Origin: Okeania sp.
GTDB lineage: Bacteria > Cyanobacteriota > Cyanobacteriia > Cyanobacteriales > Microcoleaceae
Length of the DNA: 32,000 nucleotides
Assembly (NCBI RefSeq): GCF_035285525.1
Contig: NZ_JAYKGW010000067.1
Span: 2,610 to 34,609 of the forward strand
Direction: 5' to 3'
A program made the translations under genes and the position numbers. The notes beneath the pieces were generated by a model. That model saw nothing but the letters and a program-made list of their open reading frames with translations. It did no database searches and was not told the origin of the DNA. Positions 1-7,893 of the stretch are shown piece after piece; positions within the stretch are counted from its first letter, which is position 1; every line of letters begins with the position of its first letter.

Positions 1-804
1 CGAGAAGGCGATCGCATTGTTATTGCTAGGGTTGTAGAAGGAGAGATTCCTACGAGGGTATCAGATATTGTGCTTGACTTTGATTTACTTAATGAATATG
101 CTAACCAGGATGGCGCAAATAAGATCAACTTTCTGGTGCCAACGGATACAAACTCTGACGACTTTGGATTTACTCCAACTAATGATAATGATTCAGATAT
201 TCAGGGACCTATATTGGCTGCTAGTCAGGTTAATGAGAATGACCCTACTGATGGTGATGATAGACTTACCATGAGTCAAGTTGATGATTCCTCTTTAACA
301 ATGATGGGTTTAGAAGGTAATGATGAGATACAAGGTACTGATGGTAATAATATTCTCAGTGGCAATCAAGATAATGATTCCCTTCTTGGTTTACAAGGTG
401 ATGACTGGTTAAGAGGTGGAAAGGGAAATGATACTTTGATAGGTGGAAGAGGAGATGATTATTTAATTGGCGATCGCGGTGTTGATGTTTTAACAGGTGG
501 TGAGGGTGTAGATAGTTTTATTCTGCAAGTTAATATTGTGGAACTGGATGAGATAAATGAAATAGACCAAGCTACAAGAATTACTGACTTTAGTTTTACA
601 GATGGTGATGAAATTCTTGTAGTTGCTGATGCTGACTTTATTCCTGATGAAGATTTAAGTTATCAATCTATTGATGGAGATACTGTAATTAGAACTTTGG
701 GTAGTGGTTTGATATTAGGAGTAGTTGAAAACTCTGTTATAGAGGATGTTGAAAGTAGCATTTTTGTAGTTAGTTCTGATGATTATGCTCTCCGTTTTGG
801 TTAA
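1..804 (+). CDS. RTX / hemolysin-type calcium-binding repeat protein, C-terminal part (the 5' end lies upstream of the window)
   Basis: Frame 1 is open from base 1 with no stop before the GTG at 70, so the CDS is cut by the window edge. The translation carries consecutive GGXGXD-type nonapeptides (LSGNQDNDSLLGLQGDDWLRGGKGNDTLIGGRGDDYLIGDRGVDVLTGGEGVD). Stop TAA at 802-804. Confidence 0.8.
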   Translation, partial: REGDRIVIARVVEGEIPTRVSDIVLDFDLLNEYANQDGANKINFLVPTDTNSDDFGFTPTNDNDSDIQGPILAASQVNENDPTDGDDRLTMSQVDDSSLTMMGLEGNDEIQGTDGNNILSGNQDNDSLLGLQGDDWLRGGKGNDTLIGGRGDDYLIGDRGVDVLTGGEGVDSFILQVNIVELDEINEIDQATRITDFSFTDGDEILVVADADFIPDEDLSYQSIDGDTVIRTLGSGLILGVVENSVIEDVESSIFVVSSDDYALRFG

Positions 805-1064
805 TTAATGGCTTTTTAGTTATCAGTAACTTTTGCTGAATGATTACCGAATAAATTGATAATTAGAGATAGTTTTTATCAACTGGAGAGTACAAATTAA
901 AAATTTAGAATTAAGAATTAGAGAGTATACTGCAAAGTATAATTGGAAAAGGCTTACAGCATTTAAAGTTCCGAATATAAAGTTTCTTACCTTTAGATAG
1001 CTGAAAGCCTTAGCTACTAATCATTATTCCTATAAATTTGTACTGTCTAGTTATCAATTATTAA

Positions 1065-1325
1065 TTAGGGTCTGCTGATTTATCGGGAACCGTAAAAGTC
1101 TTTTAGCAGTGGTAAGGAGCCATAATCCAGCAATCCTGCAATCCAGGAGGAATGCGAATTTAGAACATTTAGTGAGAATATTATCCCTTGATTTTTTTTG
1201 TAATTATTCTGCTCCAAATCCTAACTTTTTGGTTGCTTAAGGTCAAAAAGTTGTACTTTTTTCACACTAAAAAAGGTGCAAACTTTTACCACTAAAAGCT
1301 TTTCTATTTATTCAGCAAGCCCTAA
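1065..1325. mobile_element. MITE-like element (~261 bp) with TTAGGGYYTGCTGA terminal inverted repeats
   Basis: The left end TTAGGGTCTGCTGA (1065-1078) is the reverse complement of the right end TTCAGCAAGCCCTAA (1311-1325). The subterminal block GGGAACCGTAAAAGTCTTTTAGC recurs inverted at 26410-26440 in a second copy (26184-26456). No ORF inside. Confidence 0.5.
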
Positions 1326-1373
1326 TTATTAATTATTCATTATTAATTATTCATTAATAAAATAGCTTTAACA

Positions 1374-2051
1374 ATGAAATTTTTAGCAACTATTATTTTC
1401 CTTATTTTTTTCATCTATTTTTGTTTATCTGCACCCGTTATGGCAGCTAATTCTGAAGATATTAATCATCTTTTACAAAATAATTGGTGTGTATCATTCT
1501 TATGGAAACAATGTGACCTAAGTAAAGCAGATTTACATGGAATTAATTTAAAAGATGCTAACCTTGAAGGAGCTAATTTAACAGGTGTAAATTTTCAAGG
1601 TGCAGATTTGAATGGAGCTAACCTTTCGGGAGCTAATTTAACAGGAGCTAATTTAGAAAAGGTTAACTTATATAGAGCAAATATTAACAGAGCAAATTTA
1701 ACAAATGCTAATTTAACTAACACTCATTTATTAGAAACTGATTTAACTTTGGCTAATTTAACTAATGCTAATTTAACTAATGCTAATTTATTAGAGGCAA
1801 GGCTATGGGGAGCAAGTTTGATAGGAGCTAATTTAAGTAGTGCTAGTCTCCGTGGTACTAACTTAGAATATGCTAATCTTGCTAATACTAATTTGAGTGG
1901 AGCAGATTTTCATAGTTTCTTTTTCCGAGGTTATAAACAAAAAACTAATTTAAGTAATGCTAATTTGGAAGGTGCAATGATTGCTAATACAGATTTAAAA
2001 GGAGTAATTATGGGAGGAACTATTATGCCTGATGGTTCAATAAATAAGTAA
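1374..2051 (+). CDS. Pentapeptide-repeat protein with N-terminal signal peptide
   Basis: Hydrophobic N-terminus ending in PVMAANSE (signal-peptidase-like site), followed by about 30 contiguous A(D/N)LXX pentapeptides (ANLTGANLEKVNLYRANINRANLTNANLTN...). The DNA itself has 15-bp tandem repeats around 1750-1795. Confidence 0.85.
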   Translation: MKFLATIIFLIFFIYFCLSAPVMAANSEDINHLLQNNWCVSFLWKQCDLSKADLHGINLKDANLEGANLTGVNFQGADLNGANLSGANLTGANLEKVNLYRANINRANLTNANLTNTHLLETDLTLANLTNANLTNANLLEARLWGASLIGANLSSASLRGTNLEYANLANTNLSGADFHSFFFRGYKQKTNLSNANLEGAMIANTDLKGVIMGGTIMPDGSINK

Positions 2052-2410
2052 GAAGGAAGAAAGAAGAAAGAAGAAGGAACAAGAAAGAAGAATAAATAGG
2101 GTTTGATGAAAAAGTCTTTTTTCAACAGTAGGGAAGCAGGAGAACAAAAGTAATTTTTTTGTTCAACGATATGTCTAATATCAAATCCGGCAGTATCATT
2201 AGAATTTAATATCGTAGGGGTTTGGTCTCCAAACCCTGTACAAACTAGCATTTTTCCCTATTTACAGCAGTTTTCGTTTCAGTAAACCACAGTAGGGAAG
2301 TTGCATAAGGGCGTCCCTACGAGATGTTGGTTATGGCTCCGGTGGTTCATCGAGAGTGAAAAGCGCTGTAAGACTTTCTACAACCAAACCCTAATTAGAG
2401 ATAATTTTTA

Positions 2411-2448
2411 TTATCAATTATCAATTATTCATTATTCATTATCCATTA
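2411..2448. repeat. Heptamer tandem array (TTATYMA)n, STRR-like, overlapping the stop codon of the 2432-6943 CDS
   Basis: ttatcaa ttatcaa ttattca ttattca ttatcca read directly from the sequence. The same heptamer family occurs at 1325-1360, 19637-19655, 22015-22042 and 22505-22525. Confidence 0.7.
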
Positions 2449-5400
2449 AATCAGGACACTTAAAACTTACTGTCCCCAGTCGTACATGAGAACCATCTTT
2501 AAAAACAGCTTCTAACAAAATTTTCGACTCTGGTACAATTTCAGCTACTTCTATTTCTCCCCAAAAACCAGAATGTTGAGCACCAGGATAACCAGGATGA
2601 ATATGACCTACATCTGGACGATGTATATTAGCAGGAATATTATCGCGCAAAACTTTTCGTGAACCACTTAAAAAAGTTAGTTTAACTACTACTGGTTGAG
2701 AATTTCTTCCTACTGCCCATCCACCTATACAAATAGAATTAACATTATATTCTACTCCAGGTTTAGGTACATCTATAGAACAACCGACTATTTCTGCATC
2801 TTTTTCAAATATACTAACAGCAACTTCTACATTTGTTTGAATCCTTAAACTAAAATCTTCATGCTGTCTAGTTAAATGAGGATGATAGCAAGGATCGGCA
2901 TCTATTAAATGTTTCCACCTCTGTTTTGCTGTCTGAATTTCTTGTTGGAAACGACGTTGTTTTTTGCCAGTATTTTCTACTCCCCGACTTTTTGATTCAT
3001 GGTGATATAAAACAACATGAGGTAAGTAAACATTTCGATAACCTTGATGGTGCATTTTTAAGCATAAATCTACATCATTAAATGCTACTTCTAACCCTTC
3101 ATCAAACTCACCAACTTTATCAAATACTTCTCGACGACACATTAAACAAGCAGCAGTTACAGCACAATAATTATTCACAGAAATAAGTTGACCTTTATAT
3201 CCAGTATCTGTAGGAGCAAAACCTCGGTGACTATGATCTGCAACACTCCGCATTCCTAACACAACTCCAGCGTGTTGAACTGTATCATCTGGATATAATA
3301 ATAAGGCTCCGACAGCTCCTATGGTTTTTCTTTGCGCTTGTTCAACCATTGCTTCTATCCAGTCAGCAGTTATTATCTCTGTATCATTATTTAGGAATAG
3401 TAAATAATCACCTTCTGCTTTTTCTACAGCAAAATTATTGATCTTAGAAAAGTTAAAAGGAATATCTAACTCATAACATTTGAAACGTTCTGGTTGTTTC
3501 TTTTTCCAACCCTCAATAATATCTAAAGTTTCCTGTTCATCACTACCATTATCAATCAGTATTACTTCATAATTTGGATAAGTAGTTTTGGTAAAGATTG
3601 ACTGTAGACATCTATCTAAAATATTCCCTAAATTTCTAGTAGGAATGATAATACTGACTAACTTTTTCTCTGGAATTTGATACCGAACTCGATAGAAACC
3701 AGGATGTTCAGGTACATTATAAGCTGTTCCTATTTCTCCCCTTCTGGTTAATGCTTCTTCTATTGCTTTTTTAGCAGTTTGTTCTGATATTTGTAAATCT
3801 ATTTCTGTTACTTCATTCTCAGAAATTCTGCTGTGATAAAATACTTTAGGAATATGGAATATTTTTTCAGTTATCTCGGTTAAACGGAGAATTAAATCAT
3901 ATTCACAACTACTTTCATATCCCACTCGAAAACCATTCAATTTTTCCAATAATTCTCGGCGATATATACACAAATGACCTGTATACATTCGGGATAAAAA
4001 TGAATCTGGGCACCAATCTGGTTTAAAGTGTGGTTCAATAAATTCTCCTTCACTGGTCACTTTATCTTCATCAGAATAAATCATATCTGAATCCCGACGT
4101 TTATTCAGAAATTCTGCTATTTCATAGAGAGTATCTGGAGTTAAAATATCGTCAGAATTTAAGAGAGCCACAAAATCTCCTTTTGCTAAAGCTAAAGCAG
4201 AATTTAAGTCTGTAGCAATATCTTGATTTTCACTTTTTAAGACTAATTTAATTCTGGTTTCTGTCTGTAAATATTGAGGAAGTTCCTTAGCAATATAACA
4301 AAGTTCCCAGTTAGGATAAACTTGATAAATTAATGATTCAATTGTCTCTTCAAAATGAGGAGATAATTGTTTCTCTACCAAGATAATACTAATCAATGGT
4401 TGATATCCGAAAAATTCTATATTTTCCGACATTTTGTTTAGTTTATCTGAGTTAGGTAAGTTTACCTTACACCACAATTCATATAAATAATCTTTTTCTT
4501 TTTCTCTTGTATATTTAACAGGTTTAATATTTACTGAAGTTGAAATATCTGGAGATAAATTTTCTGGGGAGCTAACTGGAGTTGATATAACTGGAGTTAA
4601 ACTTTTCCGTGAATCATTAACCTTAATTTCTGACTTTATTTCAGGTAAATAATGTTTGACTTTCCTCTTTTTATGAGATGATATCTTTTCTAATTCTGCC
4701 TGAATTTCTTCATTGTCTGGATTAATCTGTAAACCTAACTGATAAAAAGCGATCGCTCCAGCTTTTTTACCTTTTTTGACTAATGTATTAGCTAATTGTA
4801 AATAAAGTGTATCATCTTCTGGATCGACCTCTAGTGCTTTGTGATAAAGTTGCTCATTTTCGGGGTTAACTTCTATCGCTTTCCTATACCATTTAGCTGA
4901 TTCTTTTAAATCTAATGTAGCCCGTTTTTTCAAAGCATCTCCTAATATTTGATAAGCTTCTGGTATATCTTCTTTTAATTCTAAAGCGCGACGATAGGGT
5001 TCTATTGCTTCTTGCCAACTTCCTATCTTCCAAAGAGCATTTCCTAAATTAAAATAAGACCAAGTTAGGCTAAAGTCTGATGCTTCGGGATTTAATTCTA
5101 TAGCTTTACGATAAGGTGCAACTGCTTCTTCCCATTTCTCTAATTTTACTAGACAATTTGCTAAGTTATTATGAGACCAAAGAAAGTCAGGATTTAACTC
5201 TATAGCTTTGCGGTAAGCGTTGACAGCTTCTTCCCATTTTTCCAAATTTTTCAGAGCTTCTCCTAAACCATGATGATACCAAGAATTATCTGGTTTATTT
5301 TCACTTGCTTTTTGATAGACAGTAGCAGCTTTTTCCCATTTCTCTTCTTGGGAGAAAATTTCTCCTAATTTGCCGTAAGGTACATCATCTTGTGGATAAA

Positions 5401-6943
5401 TTTCTGTTGCTAAAGTGTAAGCTTTAACTGCCTCTTCTACTTTTCCTTGTTCTTGGAAAACTTCACCAGTCTTATAATAAATACTTCCTATTTTTTCCTT
5501 AATTTCTGAATTATTTGAATCTAACTTTTCAGCTTTTCGATAATTTTGTAAAGCTAGCTGTAATTGCCCTTGTTTCAAGAAAATATCCCCTAATTTTTGA
5601 CAAGCTTCTAAATTATTAGGATTAACAGATAATACTCTTTCATAACAAGCGATCGCCTGTTGTAGTTGACCATTTTCACTAAAATTATTTCCTATTAGTA
5701 GAAAGTCTGCTACTGACACTTTTTCTGGTTCTAATTTTAGTGCTTCATAGAGATATTCTGCTGCTTCTGCTGGTTGATTAATTTGATTATAAACTTTCGC
5801 TAAATTTCGATATGCTCCAGCAAAGTCTGGTTTAATTGCTATTGCTCTTCTATAAGATTGTATAGCTTTTTCTGCCTCTTTTTGTTGAGCAAATATCGTT
5901 CCCATATTTGCATATACTTCCCCAAAATCAGGTTTAATTTCTAATGCTTTTTTATACCAATCTAATGCTTCTGGTAATTTACCCATAGCGTGTAAAGAAT
6001 TGCCTATTATTTTATAAGCTTTGGGTTCTGGTTTGATCTTAATAATTTGCTGACTAAGAGTAATTGCTTCCTGCCATCTTTTTTGGATAAAATAAGTTTC
6101 TGCCTCAACTATATAAGCTTCTATATTTTCAGTATTAACTATCGGCACATTTGGTTGAGGAGGAATATCATTGTTATTTGTGGCAACAACCAAAGTATCA
6201 CTACCACTTGAATCTAATTTTCTACCAATTCTTCTATTAATTAAATTATCTTGACTAGCTGATACTAAAGTATCTCCAAAATCTTCTATTTTTGCACCAG
6301 TTCCTCCCAGTTCAATAGCTTTCCTGAAACAAACTGTCGCTTCATCTAATTTGTTTTGTCTTTTTAAAGCTTCTCCTAAATTTTGATAAGCTTCTGAAGA
6401 ATTACTATTTAATTTAATTGCTATCCGATAACAAGATATTGCTTCGTTTAAACTACCCTGTTGCTGAAGAGTTTTTCCTAAATTAATCGCTTCTTCTGAA
6501 GATGATTTTTCTGGTTCTATAGACAATATCTTATACTGACAATATGTAGCAGATTTTTGGTTGCCTAAACGTAACCAAATTTTCGTCATGTTACGATATG
6601 CTCCAGCAAAATCTGGTTTTATTTCTACAGCTTTTTGATAATAAGATATTGCCTCTTGCCATTTTTCCTGGATGGCATATAAACTACCTAAATTAGCACA
6701 TACTTCCGGCCAGTCTGATTGAATTTCTAATGCCTTTTTGTACCAAATTTCTGCATCTGCTAACTTCCCTTGTACTTGCAAAGCATTACCTAAAGTTTTA
6801 TATGCAGGAGCATAACTTGGTTCGATTTTTATTGCTAATTTACAGGAGGCTATAACTTCATCAAATTTCTTTTCGGTTAAATAAGCTTCTGCTTTTTCGT
6901 GGAAATTTTCTACTGCACTTTTAGAAGGGTTTGTTAATACCAT
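2432..6943 (-). CDS. Multidomain TPR-repeat protein fused to two family-2 glycosyltransferase domains (1503 aa)
   Basis: The N-terminal ~780 aa are two blocks of 34-aa TPR units (repeated A..Y..LG......G....A...Y.KAIE..P pattern). First GT2 domain: LISIILVEK...YPNWELCYIA...FVALLNSDDIL...YSDEDK. Second GT2 domain: VSIIIPTRN...YEVILIDNGSDE...YLLFLNNDTE...AVGALLLYPDDTVQHAGVV. A ~130-aa beta-rich C-terminal domain follows. Confidence 0.85.
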   Translation of the reverse strand: MVLTNPSKSAVENFHEKAEAYLTEKKFDEVIASCKLAIKIEPSYAPAYKTLGNALQVQGKLADAEIWYKKALEIQSDWPEVCANLGSLYAIQEKWQEAISYYQKAVEIKPDFAGAYRNMTKIWLRLGNQKSATYCQYKILSIEPEKSSSEEAINLGKTLQQQGSLNEAISCYRIAIKLNSNSSEAYQNLGEALKRQNKLDEATVCFRKAIELGGTGAKIEDFGDTLVSASQDNLINRRIGRKLDSSGSDTLVVATNNNDIPPQPNVPIVNTENIEAYIVEAETYFIQKRWQEAITLSQQIIKIKPEPKAYKIIGNSLHAMGKLPEALDWYKKALEIKPDFGEVYANMGTIFAQQKEAEKAIQSYRRAIAIKPDFAGAYRNLAKVYNQINQPAEAAEYLYEALKLEPEKVSVADFLLIGNNFSENGQLQQAIACYERVLSVNPNNLEACQKLGDIFLKQGQLQLALQNYRKAEKLDSNNSEIKEKIGSIYYKTGEVFQEQGKVEEAVKAYTLATEIYPQDDVPYGKLGEIFSQEEKWEKAATVYQKASENKPDNSWYHHGLGEALKNLEKWEEAVNAYRKAIELNPDFLWSHNNLANCLVKLEKWEEAVAPYRKAIELNPEASDFSLTWSYFNLGNALWKIGSWQEAIEPYRRALELKEDIPEAYQILGDALKKRATLDLKESAKWYRKAIEVNPENEQLYHKALEVDPEDDTLYLQLANTLVKKGKKAGAIAFYQLGLQINPDNEEIQAELEKISSHKKRKVKHYLPEIKSEIKVNDSRKSLTPVISTPVSSPENLSPDISTSVNIKPVKYTREKEKDYLYELWCKVNLPNSDKLNKMSENIEFFGYQPLISIILVEKQLSPHFEETIESLIYQVYPNWELCYIAKELPQYLQTETRIKLVLKSENQDIATDLNSALALAKGDFVALLNSDDILTPDTLYEIAEFLNKRRDSDMIYSDEDKVTSEGEFIEPHFKPDWCPDSFLSRMYTGHLCIYRRELLEKLNGFRVGYESSCEYDLILRLTEITEKIFHIPKVFYHSRISENEVTEIDLQISEQTAKKAIEEALTRRGEIGTAYNVPEHPGFYRVRYQIPEKKLVSIIIPTRNLGNILDRCLQSIFTKTTYPNYEVILIDNGSDEQETLDIIEGWKKKQPERFKCYELDIPFNFSKINNFAVEKAEGDYLLFLNNDTEIITADWIEAMVEQAQRKTIGAVGALLLYPDDTVQHAGVVLGMRSVADHSHRGFAPTDTGYKGQLISVNNYCAVTAACLMCRREVFDKVGEFDEGLEVAFNDVDLCLKMHHQGYRNVYLPHVVLYHHESKSRGVENTGKKQRRFQQEIQTAKQRWKHLIDADPCYHPHLTRQHEDFSLRIQTNVEVAVSIFEKDAEIVGCSIDVPKPGVEYNVNSICIGGWAVGRNSQPVVVKLTFLSGSRKVLRDNIPANIHRPDVGHIHPGYPGAQHSGFWGEIEVAEIVPESKILLEAVFKDGSHVRLGTVSFKCPDLMDNE

Positions 6944-6988
6944 TTTCTCTTTTTTTTAGGGAACACTTAACTGGGAATAGGTATGGAG

Positions 6989-7347
6989 GAAAAAAGTCTT
7001 TTGGCAAATCTTTCTATCCATCCTTTCTCTTTTTTCAGATATCTCTCAAAAATCCTGAGTCTGTTGTAACAATGAAATAGGAAAAAAGTCTTTTGGCAAA
7101 TCTTTAAATCTTTCTATCCATCCTTTCTCTTTTTTCAGATATCTCTCAAAAGGTTGTAATAAAGAAATAGAAAAAAAGTCTTTTGGCAAATCTTTCTATC
7201 TACCCTTTCTCTTTTTTCAGATATCTCTCAAAAATCCTAAGTCTGTTGTAATAAAGAAATAGAAAAAAAGTCTTTTGGCAAATCTTTCTATCCATCCTTT
7301 CTCTTTTTTCAGATATCTCTCAAAAATCCTAAGTCTGTTGTAATAAA
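6989..7347. repeat. Tandem repeat, about 3.9 copies of a ~90-92 bp unit, 46 bp upstream of the TPR-GT2 start codon
   Basis: Copies at 6989-7080 (92 bp), 7081-7170 (90 bp; carries an 8-bp internal duplication and lacks the ATCCTAAGTCT block), 7171-7262 (92 bp) and 7263-7347 (partial). Unit: GAAAAAAGTCTTTTGGCAAATCTTTCTATCCATCCTTTCTCTTTTTTCAGATATCTCTCAAAAATCCTAAGTCTGTTGTAATAAAGAAATAG. Confidence 0.9.
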
Positions 7348-7893
7348 TGTTGCCATAGTAGGGATGAGTTTGAATTTAGATTGACAAGTTTAATCATATA
7401 GCAAATTCCAGGTATATGAAGTACATATATTTAGAATTAAATCCATCTAGTGCCGGCATTTTGCCTACGACAGGTGTACCTCACCAAAGTCGAATCTGCT
7501 TTAATATAAAATCAACTTGTCTAAATACCTAATACACAAAACTATAGCCATAATAAATGATTTGTCAGAAAAATACAATGTAAGTATTCAGCTATTGTAA
7601 ATAATAAAACAATTGAAAATTAGCCGAGCGCCAATTTTATTTCCTACGAAATGCTTCCCTATGGGATACTAAGCTTTCCGCAAACATAACTTTTAATTCT
7701 TTTGAGAAACTAATTTTTTTTGCTCTGATAATTAACTTAATAACTAAAAATCATAGCAATCCTAAAAGCGTCAACATTGGCGATGCATTACATCAACAAA
7801 GTTTTACCTTAGCCAAACGCCATATCCAATCGTTCAAGAGAAATAAACTCTTTCCTTTCAGTCAATCCTCTACCTTTTAGGAATAGGTAATTA

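Noticed and set aside
1931-2489. ORFs 1931-2251 (minus) and 2301-2489 (plus)
   Set aside because: The first is antisense to the pentapeptide gene end and runs through purine-rich (GAAGAAG) and hairpin repeats. The second spans dispersed repeats and the heptamer array and overlaps the TPR-GT2 stop. Neither has coding-like features.
6989-7347. Tandem repeats considered as a possible CRISPR array (likewise 13199-13405)
   Set aside because: The whole ~91-bp unit is repeated head to tail with no unique spacers. Repeat length and structure do not fit CRISPR, and no cas genes are in the window.
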